Source of the DNA: Isurus oxyrinchus
Taxonomy: Eukaryota
Reading direction: 5' to 3'
Length of the DNA stretch: 64,000 nt
NCBI GenBank assembly: GCA_026770705.1
Contig: JANJGN010000022.1
Span: 6,324,001 to 6,388,000, forward strand
The position numbers were made by a program, and so were the translations under genes. Positions 50,620-61,689 of the stretch are shown one piece after another. Each line of letters begins with the position of its first letter. The first letter of the stretch is position 1. The notes beneath the pieces are model-generated. The model saw only the letters and a program-made list of their open reading frames with translations, made no database searches and was not told where the DNA came from.

Positions 50620-51105
50620 CAGGTTAGAGAAAGATGCATTCAGGCAGGGGCACTGCTTCATGTCCCTGATACCTACAGGTATGGGTATTGGGCGTGGAAC
50701 AAAATCCTCCACTGTTCCACACCCACCCCCCACCCCCTCTACCCACACCCCCTGGACCTGAACAGCCAGCTGACAAAGTTATGGGTTTCTAAATTCCTTT
50801 GAGAATAAGCAAGACTTGATAGAAGACACATCACTTGTTTATGATTTCCTGTCACACTGCACAGTAGCTAATCACGTGAGACAGGGCACCTGCACCAGTG
50901 GTCAGTTCAGGTGTAGCTCTGCTTGTCTACCTGTTTAACTGGAGAATGGGAACAGGTGGAGGTGACTATTCATGGTCACTGTTGGTAGGAACACATGCCT
51001 TGATGGAACAGTGGAGGATTTTGTTCCACACCCAATACCCATACCTGTAGGTCTCAGGGACATGAAGAAAGTGCCCCTGCCTGAATTGCATCGCTCTCTA
51101 ACCTG
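50620..51105. repeat. Intronic inverted repeat, arms 50620-50719 and 51004-51105
   Basis: About 100-bp reverse-complement arms with a few mismatches and indels, separated by a 284-bp spacer. Confidence 0.93.
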
Positions 51106-51719
51106 CCACATGGTGACAAGGCATGGGTCACTCAGAGGCTGGACAGAGACGGGTACAACCTAAAGAAAACATCAGATGAAACAATTTGCCAGCTTGGACT
51201 CTGGAAACATTTAACCTGCTGTTGCTGTTTATACACACACACACACAACTGAATTCGAGTTAAAAGGGTGAAGATTCAAACTGCAGAAACACATGAACTC
51301 AGAGTTAATAAACAATGAGAAGAGGGCAAAGGGGATATGAACTCAATAAAGGTATGCTAATGTTTTGATGAAACCATGAGTCAGCTTGGGACTAGCTGTC
51401 AGATCCAGCTTTACCTTTCAATAGTGGTTTTGTTTTTTTTGTGCGAGTTAAAACACACACAAATAGATCACAGGGTCCTGGGACATCAGCAAGCCAGTAT
51501 TTGAGCTTCCATTTCAGTCTGTTCACTGGGCTCTCTGACAGTCAGTGGCAAAGACACTGGTGGAGTTAAGATCATCCAGTTAAGAATAAAAAGCTACAAT
51601 CAGGTGGCTTACTGTGACTTCAAACAAACCGAATGCCGTTCTTCCTATCCCAGGATCTCCCCCCCCAACCCCCTTTCCAATCAGCCTGATCCTATAATTA
51701 TTCAGGACAAAATAACCTA

Positions 51720-52150
51720 CTTGCTTGAGACACCCTATCCACCATTTTAAAGACTCACTCCCTTCATCACTGACACACAGTGGCAGCAGCGTATACAAGA
51801 TGCACTGCAGCAACTCACCGAGGCGACTTTGGCAACACCTTCCACACCCATCACCCCTACCACCTAGAAGGACAAGGGCAGCAGATAGACGGGAAGACCA
51901 TCACCTGGAAGTTCCCCTCCAAGCCACTCACCATCCTGACATGGGAATATCTCGCCGTTCCTTCACTGTCGCTGGATCAAGATCCTGGAACTCCCTTCCT
52001 AACAGCACTGTGGGTGTACCTACACCACATACATAGACTGCAGTGGCTCAAGAAGGCAGCTCACCGTCACCTTCTCAAGGTCAATTAGGGATGGACAATA
52101 AACGTTGGCCTTGGCAGCAACCACAGATCCCATGAAAGAATTAATTTAAA
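51720..52150 (+). mobile_element. 3' fragment of the second LINE family, intronic
   Basis: Similar to 20600-21040, including acctggaagttcccctccaag and the shared 3' tail. Confidence 0.8.
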
Positions 52151-52957
52151 AACAATTTGAATCCTGCTCCTCACATTTTACTATCATTCTCTGAATGAAG
52201 GAAATTGAAACAAAGACTTAGAGCGAAACACAATCTTCCTGTATCAAAACAGATATTCTTATGCACTGTAACTGCTTTTTTAAACATTTAAGCTCAATTG
52301 CTGTGGAGAGTCCTCTTGTTCCCTCTTTGATCTGTATTGTTTTTTTCTCAATGGACACTGACTCCTGGAGCTAAAATGTTTGCTGGAAATTAAAGGGGAA
52401 AATCCAGTGAAAGCACAAAGTTTTCCTTCCGCTTAGCTGCCCTGTTTTACAATTTCATCATAACCACCAGTAACGTGTTAAATGTTCTTTGCTATTCCCT
52501 TCACCACAAGTGTGATTGGGAGTGAGAATCGAGATAGCACAACTGTCGTGCCAATGAACACACTTGTCCACTAACACCAACTAGTGACTCTCGCCTTGTG
52601 GTAGTTAGTCTCATTAAACACTACATTGACCTTCAGTAGCCATAGTTTGGAAGGTGAGTATCAACCGGGGCTCCTGCTCCTGATCCACTGCCTGACTGGA
52701 AACAGGACATCAGGTTAGACTCAACTGCAATGCTCCTAGCATTTAAACAGCAGCCCAGGATCAGCAATCATATTCACGTTAACAAAGTTAATGAAGGGTG
52801 CACTACACATAGGCAGAGCTAGACTCTACCACAGATCAGCATCTAGTGGGGAGGAGAGGACAAAAGTAGTGGGGGGCAGGGTGGGAGGGATAAAAAATTT
52901 CTCCTGAGTTCAGAATGCAGATCTTCCCAAACTGGACAAGGCAGGGGGATTACTTAC

Positions 52958-53062
52958 TCTTCCACAGGAGATGTGAGGAGACCAGTGCTGGACAGAGACA
53001 GGCTCGCTCCCTGTGATGGAGCTCCATGATTTCTGTCTCGTTGTAAACTTGATGTTGAATAT
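52958..53062 (-). CDS. axin2: AXIN2 coding exon (exon 9 equivalent), YSTSSLQRDRNHGAPSQGASLSLSSTGLLTSPVE
   Basis: 105 nt, acceptor tatttttcag, donor gtaagt, phase 2-2. Contains the Axin2 QRDRNH motif. Translated by hand. Confidence 0.9.
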
Positions 53063-53117
53063 CTGAAAAATAATGGAAGACTATGTCAGTCGATGTGAGA
53101 GAGACCACTCGAGGAGA

Positions 53118-53312
53118 NNNNNNNNNNNNNNNNNNNNNNNNNNNNNNNNNNNNNNNNNNNNNNNNNNNNNNNNNNNNNNNNNNNNNNNNNNNNNNNNNNN
53201 NNNNNNNNNNNNNNNNNNNNNNNNNNNNNNNNNNNNNNNNNNNNNNNNNNNNNNNNNNNNNNNNNNNNNNNNNNNNNNNNNNNNNNNNNNNNNNNNNNNN
53301 NNNNNNNNNNNN
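53118..53312. other. Assembly gap (195 N) adjoining a (GA)/(GAGT) microsatellite
   Basis: Run of N followed by GA repeats to about 53407, inside the intron between the exon 8 and exon 9 equivalents. Confidence 0.99.
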
Positions 53313-53484
53313 AGAGAGAGTGTGAGAGAGAGTGTGAGAGAGAGAGAGAGTGAGAGAGAGAGTGAGAGAGAGAGAGAGAGAGTGAGAGAGAGAGTGAGAG
53401 AGAGAGAAGAAAGGGGACAGTCAGTGAGGGGTCAAGAGATAAAACCCTTTGTAACATGGGAAGCAGCAGAAATGAATTCTGTAC

Positions 53485-53721
53485 CTTTGCTTCTGTGTTT
53501 TGGAAACTTTCTTTTCCTCTTCCAGCCTGCGGCGAGCCTCTTCCAGTTGAGCGAGAGTGTTAGGCGGCGGGAGGGGGGGCATAGCAGGGTCCTGGATGAA
53601 GGGGTGGGATGGCTGAGCATTTCCCCGCTGGTGGGTACTGCCAACGTGTTGCCGGCTGGTGCGCTCAACTGCACTGCCCCTCAGACAGTCTGTGACACCT
53701 CCTCTCTTCACGCACTGGACA
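53485..53721 (-). CDS. axin2: AXIN2 coding exon (exon 8 equivalent)
   Basis: 237 nt, acceptor ttctctcccaccag, donor gtacag, phase 2-2. Encodes [26 protein letters not shown]. An alternative in-frame acceptor is possible at 53763. Confidence 0.9.
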
Positions 53722-54019
53722 CTGGTGGGAGAGAATCGTTTGTTACCTTCCTGGTTCTTTGACCTGCGATCAATAACCAATAACCTCCCCCAGCTCCCCT
53801 TATTCTTCCTGTGTGTGGGCTCAAACCAGTGGGTCGTTTGGGGTTTGGGAGTCATCGTGCTCCATCTCGATCTGATTCTCATGTTAGTGTCAGTTTTCAA
53901 ATGACAAAAACTCAATCTATTTGGTCTTAAAAATAAGCGCACTGAAGATTTGAGGGTAAGTAATAGCTTTCACATGTGATAGAGGGGGTAAAACACACTC
54001 ACTCACTCACTCTGGGGAG

Positions 54020-54340
54020 GTGGTTCCAAAACCTACCAGGGAAGCTGGTGGAATTTAAATTCAATTAATAAATCTGGAATGAAAGCTAGTTCCAGTAATG
54101 GTAACTATGACAACCATCACCAGTTGTTGTAAAAACCCCAATGGTTCACTAATGTCCTTTAGGGAAGGAAATCTGCCACCCTCACCTGGTCTGGCCTAGC
54201 CTACATGTGACGTCAGGTTTACAACACTTAACTGCCCTCCCAGCAAGCCGCTCAGTTCAAGGGCAATTAGGAAAGGGCAACAAATGCCGGTCTTGTCAGT
54301 GATGTCCACAACCCATGACAGAATGGGAAAAAAAATAAAC
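54020..54340 (+). mobile_element. Short non-coding retroposon sharing the 3' tail of the second LINE family
   Basis: The body ggttcactaatgtcctttagggaaggaaatctgcc is unrelated to the LINE body. The tail gggcaattaggaaagggcaacaaatgccgg...cccatgacagaatg matches 20972-21035. Confidence 0.6.
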
Positions 54341-54444
54341 ACACACACCCCTCAGGTACATTATTAACACACACTCACATTCACGCATCCTTACCCGCAC
54401 GCGCGGACACAGTAACTATCCCAGACAGCGGGCTCAATCTTTAC

Positions 54445-54633
54445 CTGTGGGGCCTGTGTTTGCTGCTGGGCTGTCGTTCACTCTCCAGCATCCACTGCCA
54501 CACGTTCTGTGCCCGGTCTGTCTCCTCACCAGGGAGCTGGGGACTGGAGAGGGGCAGAGCTCCCTCACTGGATATTGGGCTGACACAGTCTGTCACCTGT
54601 GTGCTCCTCCTGGCCAGGGAACCACTCCTACCA
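54445..54633 (-). CDS. axin2: AXIN2 coding exon (exon 7 equivalent)
   Basis: 189 nt, acceptor ccctcag, donor gtaaag, phase 2-2. Encodes EETDRAQNVWQWMLESERQ. Confidence 0.93.
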
Positions 54634-56288
54634 CTGAGGGTCAAACAGAGGGAAAGGTACATCAATGGAAAGCTCTCAATTTCTGCTAATTCAATGAGTG
54701 AGGACCATTTGTACCCCCACTTAGTATCTCATTAACTTTAATAGTGGTTTGCTAGGCCCACTATTGAAAACGCTGGCACACACTCAGATACAGTTCCAGA
54801 GGGACCCCATCAGCCCTGGAACACCAAGGACAACTATAGTCTTATATTGTCTGAGCTGTGATTCATTGGCTCAGTGCAGGCCATAAATTGAACCCCAGGA
54901 CTCACCAGGCCTCATTTCTCCATTCCCCCCCACCCCCACTTTGTCTCACCGCTGTTTAAAGTGACACTTCCTGTCGACTGCCTACAGTGCGTTAAATAGC
55001 CAACTCAAATGCTACCCTCCCATCGACCCTACACTGCATTAAATGATCTAACCAGGGTCCGCGACTCTCCCTGTGCCAGCGGGAGTTAGAAACACAGGAA
55101 CAGGAGGAGGCCATTCCAGCCTGTTCTGCACCATTGGTTTTGATCACAGCTGATATGTACCTTGACTCCACCCCCCCTAAGTTTTACTGCAGCTATTCAG
55201 TATCCAGCGAGTGCTGTTGGGGTGCAGATGTTGTATGAGGAGGCACCACAAGGGTCAGGAACCCTGCCCCCACCATGGTGGGCATTTAGCACCAGTGCTC
55301 ACGTGCCAACAATATCCACCTGGTGAAGCCTCCAACAGCCACTGGATGTTATGGAACATCCTTATCTTTCAACAGAGACTAACCCACTTAAACAGGCAAA
55401 TCGTGAGCCTCTCACCAAGTGACCCATCATTCCCCACACAGGGGCCAAAGTGTGGAGGTGAGTTACTGGAGCATCACCATCAGCACTCACACTGCCTCCA
55501 CCCACTGAGAGGCAACATACCAGGCTGGGGAATGGAGCCAAACGGGGCAAAGACATAGAGAAACGAGGGTACCCAGAATGTTAATCCGTTAACGCCACAG
55601 TAGATATAACAACCGCGAACAGGACATTGAAAGAAATGATGCAACACAGAAATTATGTAACAGCGTCACCCCCCCAGGGAGCGCCACGGCCCAGCCGCGG
55701 AGCTCCCCCCCCCCCCCCCCCCCACCGGGAGCTCCCCGTCAGTGTCACCTCCAAGAAGCTATCAGGAGAACAAAGATAGGATTGGCCACAGTTACAAATC
55801 TGGGTGGGCCACAGAGAAGATACCGAATGTGGTGTCATTGAAAGCGATCGCTGTCACTTCATGCTTGGTTGGACACATAAGTAATGCTATTACAGAATAT
55901 AATCGATGCTTGATTGATGCATCGCTGGGTTCCTGAATTTGAGAAACCAGCAGCCCAGGTTTCAGCTCTGCCTGTGCCGGATCTGACAACCGGGCTCTGC
56001 TATCATCGGCCTCAGTGTTTCCGACTCAGCGGAGAAAGGGAACGGAAAAGGCCAGGGCTCCCGAGTACTATCCTGACGGCCAGTGGTGCTCATGTCCAGG
56101 CACCCAGGGTGGACAAGCTGAGGGTGAGCCATGACACTCACCGTAGTAAAGCAGCCCACTGACTCACTAACCTGGCTTCCAAGCATTGCAGAGCTAGGGT
56201 AGCGGAGGGAGTTGCTCCCCCTCGAGGAAAGGAGGGGGGGGGGTGATGGGAGCTGATAAAACTTTAAAGGAAAAGGACGGGATCTTAC

Positions 56289-56791
56289 CCAAAGGCAAAC
56301 TGTTCCACTTGGAGTACCGGCGTTTCAACCTTTGAGTGACTTCGACACTTGGCGTAGGAACAATAGTCCAGGCTGCTCGGACAGAGGCAATGCACCCTTT
56401 GAGCAGCCTCGGCTTCGATCTGTTCCTTTGTCTTGGGGACAGTGTGATGGTGGATGTAATGGTGGTGGATGTACTTGCTGCCCTGTTTGGAGACATACCC
56501 TTTGCTGGAAGTCCCTGGGGGTGTTGCCTGGGGCCCCAGGGCTGGTTGAAACTTTGTCCCCCGGAGACAGTCTGGTGTCTGGGAGGGCGGGGAGTATCTC
56601 CCCACCCCTGGCGATTGGCAGCCCGGCGTTTTCAGCACACGTGACAGGTGGTCGTCCAGGATGGTCTGTGGGTCATCGTCACAGCCTCCAGAGGGCAGGA
56701 GGGTCAGTGGATGCAGCTGGTGCTGGGGAGGTGCAGGTTCCATCTCCGTCTGTGTTTTTACTGTGGGGAGTTCACCATCTTCACCTTCATC
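56289..56791 (-). CDS. axin2: AXIN2 coding exon (exon 6 equivalent), beta-catenin-binding region and His-rich segment
   Basis: 503 nt, acceptor ctgcag, donor gtaaga, phase 0-2. Encodes DDDPQTILDDHLSRVLKTPGCQSPG, HHHYIHHH and KTKEQIEAEAAQRV, which are Axin2-type rather than Axin1-type motifs. Confidence 0.96.
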
Positions 56792-57669
56792 CTGCAGTCA
56801 TACAGAAATGGGGCTTTTAATATTCACTGACAGCAGTCATTGACTCTACAAAACAACTGTGACACCACATTACCCCCCCCAACCTGACTAAGGCCCACCT
56901 TCTACAGCTGCCCTCCTACACCCAGTCTTGTTCATCATTCCCATCTGTCCAGGAACTCCCTGCCCCCAAACTACTCATTCACACATCCCTCTGGTGCCTT
57001 TCACCCAACCTCTGCAACTTTTCTCAATGGGTGTAACCTCTTCTTCCCTCCAACCAGTTTTCATCCGTGACCAATTCCAAGGGTATTACCAAGAGAGGCT
57101 TATTTTAATTTTGGATGGGAATCCTCTGGGATCGGCCGGTTTTATATCCCATTCTGACCTCACGGCAGACCGAAATGGGGTGTGCTGTAAACCCAGTGTT
57201 GCTCCCAGTTCCACCTGCTCTGTCTGAAAGGTTGGGGGGGGGGGGGGGAGATGGGTTAAAGTTACACCCCCTTCCCCCGCACAGTGCCAGATAAACACAG
57301 ACGGACTTCGCCCCAGCCCCACAGAGGGGCAGATGCTGGAGGTGACCCTGTGAGGGTCTCATCATGATGCAAGCACTTTATTGCCTCAATTCCAAACAGC
57401 ATTTTAAAAGGGATCGCAAGGTAACACTGCCCGATTGGAACTGACTGGAGAGAGATCTAACAAAATCAGGAGTTACACAGATGTTTCATGCAGTACGATG
57501 ATTCTAATTGTATTAAAAAACCCAATTAATTTCTACCACACTTTTACTTTCTTTCTTGGGGGGGGGGGGGGGGGTTGCAAGTTTCAAGAGATTAAAATTA
57601 AAATGACTTTTCCCCTCTCCAGCTCTACCCACAAGCTCTAGCAGTCCCTCGGCGAGTTCGCTGTCCTAC

Positions 57670-57810
57670 CTCTTTGATTTGCTGCAGCCTCTCCTCCAAG
57701 CTGTCCATGGTGTCTCGCTCCCGCTTCAGCTTCTCCAGTCGGGAGATGAGCTGGGTGGCAAAGGCTGTTGGGTCCACAGGTGTCATCTCCTTCGGAAGGC
57801 GATGAGTTCT
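57670..57810 (-). CDS. axin2: AXIN2 coding exon (exon 5 equivalent), GSK3-binding region RTHRLPKEMTPVDPTAFATQLISRLEKLKRERDTMDSLEERLQQIKE
   Basis: 141 nt, acceptor gtgtag, donor gtagga, phase 0-0. Contains the FA..LISRLE GSK3-binding helix. It is absent from the ORF track in this frame and was translated by hand. Confidence 0.95.
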
Positions 57811-58689
57811 CTACACGGAACAAGAGCACAACAGATAGACAACACTTAACCGTCTGTCCATCAGCCTGCACATTTTGGGGAAAGGTTTGGGGGGGTGGGG
57901 GGGGGAGAAAGGGTGCGAGAGAGAGCACACAGAGGAAAGAGATAAAGAGCGAGAGAAAGAAAATAGCAAGAGAGAGAAAAAAAAAAGCGCAAGACCGGGA
58001 GAGAAAAAAAAGTGAGATTGCCAGCAAGAGGAAAAAAAAAGAGGCAATGCTTTTGTTCTTTTTCTTTTAATGTGCTTGTGTGTTTGGGTAAAGCCAGTTT
58101 CTCTGCTCATTGCGATGAGCTGGGGATTTTATGAGCTTCTTACAGTGGCCTCATGGAGCGACATCCTTCCCAGCAGCACCGGCCTAGGGCAAGAGCAGTT
58201 GGTTGTCCTGCTCATTCCCTCTGTAGTACAACCAGCTCATCAGTAGCTTCACAGAGTCTCGAGCTTCTTCAAAGAGTGTTGTCTAACATCAAAAAAACAT
58301 GAAGGTGGGAGGGAAGAATCTTTAACTGAAGTGGGTTATAAACAGAAAATGAAAATTAAAAAAAAAAAAAGATGGAGGGAAGATGGAGTCAAACGGGTGC
58401 AGATCAGAGAAAATGTGGTAATTTATTTCCTGACTGCATGCTGGGTAGCTTTGAGGATCTGTTGGCTCACTGCTCCTGTGTTCTTTTCCACTCTCTCACT
58501 CTCCACTTCTGTCTTCTTTGTACAGCGTGAAGAGAATCAGCTGCAGGCTACTCGTGCTACACTGCTGGGCTCGGCTGCCTAAAGCTGCAGGCTATCAAGG
58601 GAGAAGGGAGGCTATATTGCAAATCAGGAGCAGAGAATCACAAGGCGAGGCAAAGCAAGGCATGGCTTGTACCAGCCTCAGCAAATGAG

Positions 58690-58693
<4 letters not shown>

Positions 58694-58733
<40 letters not shown>
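58694..58733. repeat. (GA)n microsatellite
   Basis: Direct reading. Confidence 0.95.
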
Positions 58734-58734
<1 letters not shown>

Positions 58735-59479
58735 CTGACTATCCCTTCTGCCTGTCGATCTCTCGCTCTCTCCCCGTCTCCCCCAGCACCTACTGAAGGC
58801 TCTCATCTTTTTAAGCTGGGCACCGTACCCACCCAATGAAGCAAAAAAAAAAAAAAAGCCTTCTCTAAGGCAACCACACAGCAGCAGCAATGATGCGAGG
58901 GGCAGAGAAAGGAGTAGCTCTGTTGGAAGTTGTCACTTTGCACACTAGCTGTCTTCTATTCAGCTCCTGATCAAAGCACAGCCTGGCAGAGAATGTCGAT
59001 TGGGGAGCCCCAGGACAAAATAATCTCATTTACAAGCTCGGGCAATAGAACATACGGTGTTTCCAATTTTTGTTTTTTTTTTAAAAGGGGGAAAAAACAA
59101 CATTTTGAAGACAACAGTTTGCGAGACCTTTGAAAAAGAATTTTTTGCCACTGAACTTTTTCTCTTGGTTAGGGAGGTATGAATGCTCCCTGACGGAGCA
59201 GGGGGCACTAGCAAGGAAACTATCAAAGGCCTGACAATATACAATGGCAATCTGAACACACAGACTCAGTGAATACAGTATTAGCTGACAAAGTCACACA
59301 ATATTGTTGGGCAGATGAAAGAGACTTATTTAAAAAAAAAATAAACATCTAAAGCATATTTAGAGGAACCAAGTCCTCCTCAAACCTCCTGGGGAGGTCA
59401 ATGGACACTAACGCTGCCTGGAGTTCAGTGCTTTTGGAGGGGCGGGGGGGAAGAAAGAGTGGGTGCTGACTCTCCCCGC

Positions 59480-59701
59480 ACCAGGGGGGCACCGACTCTC
59501 CCCAGGGTTCAGTACCAGGGGGGCACCGACTCTCCCCAGGGTTCAGTACCAGGGGGGCACCGACTCTCCCCAGGGTTCAGTACCAGGGGGGCACCGACTC
59601 TCCCCAGGGTTCAGTACCAGGGGGGCACCGACTCTCCCCAAGGTTCAGTACCGGGGGGGCACCGACTCTCCCCAGGGTTCAGTACCGGGGGGGCACCGAC
59701 T
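59480..59701. repeat. 34-bp GC-rich minisatellite, about 6.5 copies, intronic
   Basis: Unit caggggggcaccgactctccccagggttcagtac. accgac recurs at 59491, 59525 and 59559. Confidence 0.95.
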
Positions 59702-60221
59702 TAGTACACCAACTGATGCCAGTCAGATCAGAGCATTGATTTCATGTTAAATTCTGTTTGGTTTGGTTCCCAAGCAGTGGGTCACTCTCAAGCAGTGAGC
59801 AACGCACAAACAGACACAGGTGTACATCCGTGGGCATCTCCCAGAGCAGATCAGAGGACTTCCCCAGGGGGAAATTAAATCAAGTTTATATAATCTGAAC
59901 CAGATCTGAGCAATGAATCTGCACTGTGAACATGTCATATTTCTATGTTGCAGAAATCTGGTTCTGGTGGAATCTGTCCTAAATGACATTAATACACACA
60001 CAGCACAAATACTGCATTGCCACAACAACTTGTACTTATATAGTGCCTTCAACATAGTGAAATATCTCAGACGCCTCAAAGGAACATAAAGCAAACAAAA
60101 TGTTGATGGTGAGCCACAGGAGGAGACGATGGGGTCGGCGATAAAGCTCGGTTAAAGGGGGAGGTCTTAAGGGGCGAGCGCCAGAGAGAATACTGGGCGC
60201 AGAGAGGCGCTGGACACTTAC

Positions 60222-60318
60222 AGGAAAGTGAGGTAGTGAGACTTGGCCATTAGCCCTGATACTGCGATGCATTTCCCGCTGTTGCTGTTTCTTATGCCGG
60301 TATGGAGGGATCCCATCT
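60222..60318 (-). CDS. axin2: AXIN2 coding exon (equivalent to human exon 4), DGIPPYRHKKQQQREMHRSIRANGQVSLPHFP
   Basis: 97-nt exon with acceptor ctttgatttgcag and donor gtaagt. The translation matches the Axin DGIPPYR...REMHRS.ANGQVSLPHFP motif and ends in phase 0. Confidence 0.95.
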
Positions 60319-61231
60319 CTGCAAATCAAAGCATCAAAGAGAATGTGAGAGGAGTCCAACAGGATTGATATTGAAGTTTTACATGTCACCCAAGGTGAGT
60401 AAGGCAACAGGCTTTCTGGGAAGCTCCCTTCCTGGCAGACTTCCCCCAGTCTCCTGTATAAACCCCAGCTGTGCCTACTCACCCCCACAGCCGTGGACAC
60501 TCCCCCTCCCCACCTCAAGCTGTGCCTGTTGCCCCTGCCACCCCTCACCATGCACACCCCATGCAAACTCCACCACCCCCCTAGCCATGGACACTCCGCT
60601 ACTACCCCTCGCCTTCACCATGCACATCCCAACCCTGCACACTCACCCATCCCCATCACCCCACCCCATCCAGCCGAACACATTCACTCACTCCCACCCC
60701 CCTCCCGGCCATGCACACTCACTCGCCCGCTCCCCCCACCTCCCACACCCAGCACTTGGCGGCCCCCCCCTCCCCCCACCTCCGTAAACCACCCTACTTC
60801 CTCTGCGCACTCTCCTCTCCTTTCACTGCCTTTGTTAATCTGCTCCTCCCTCTGCACTGATGTGCTATCAATTTCACGTTAATTTCAAGTGCTGCTATCA
60901 CATTCAAACCTGTACCTCAGTCACAATTCAAGACAGGAAAGGGGCAGCTCCTATACCTGCCTAAAAAAGCACCATAAATATTCCAATTCTAAAGAGGGGT
61001 GGGATGTTCTCTCACTCCCACATGTCATTGCTGGCCTCCCTTTCCCTTCCTTTACAACCGCTGACTGGCTGACCCTGGGGTGCGGGTTTTGCTTTTGAGC
61101 TATGAACCCTTCTATTTGTTGGCCAGTTACAAGCAGTTGCATGAACCCCCTGCCCACAGGCAGCTCACTAGCCACATCCAAGAGGTTCCTGTTACAATGC
61201 CAGTGAACTGGATGGCCACTAGAGGTCAGGT

Positions 61232-61630
61232 GAGGGCAGTGTGGGTCAATGGGTAGCACCCTTGCCTGAAGCAGTAGATTAGGGTTCAAGTCCCACACCA
61301 GGAGTTTGGGCACAATAATCCAGTCTGACACTCCCGGTACAGGACTGAGAGTGCGCCGAAAAGTTGGAGGTGCTGCCTTTTGGACAAGTAGTAAAATTCG
61401 AGGCCCCGTCCGCCCTCTCAGGTGGACGTAAAAGATCCCACTGCGTTATTTAAGAGCACTAGAGAAATTCTTCCTGGTATCTTGCCCACTATTTACTCCT
61501 TTAAAAGCATCACAAAAACAGGCAATCAAGTAATCTACCTCTCTGCTGTTTGTGGGAGCTTCCTGTGTACAAAATTAGCTGCCACATTCTTACATTGCAA
61601 CAGTATGCTTTAAAGTACTTAATTAGTTCT
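61232..61630 (+). mobile_element. tRNA-derived DeuSINE (SacSINE1-like)
   Basis: A/B-box head (gggttcaagtccca) followed by the Deu domain ctctcaggtggacgtaaaagatccca. Related copies at about 6740-7520 (-), 18040-18400 (+), 18440-18730 (-), 27625-28050 (-), 42150-42590 (-) and 43500-43810 (+). Confidence 0.8.
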
Positions 61631-61689
61631 GCCTTGATTCCCACAATTAAGGCCTACCCTTTAATTTACCTGGCACCTTTAAAATAATA

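Noticed and set aside
53073-53762. 229-aa plus-strand ORF and overlapping ORFs
   Set aside because: They run through the N gap and GA microsatellite and are antisense to an AXIN2 exon.
56332-56830. Plus-strand ORFs up to 162 aa
   Set aside because: Antisense shadows of the GC-rich AXIN2 exon.
59480-59701. CRISPR-like 34-bp periodicity
   Set aside because: Head-to-tail tandem units with no unique spacers, no cas genes, and a vertebrate context.
59459-59750. Repetitive ORFs (GAPTLPRVQYQGGTDSPQGSVPGGHRLSPGFSTR)
   Set aside because: They are translations of the 34-bp minisatellite (3 units = 34 codons), antisense within an intron.
61232-61310. tRNA gene
   Set aside because: The A/B boxes are the head of a DeuSINE and run directly into the Deu domain. 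No intact cloverleaf.
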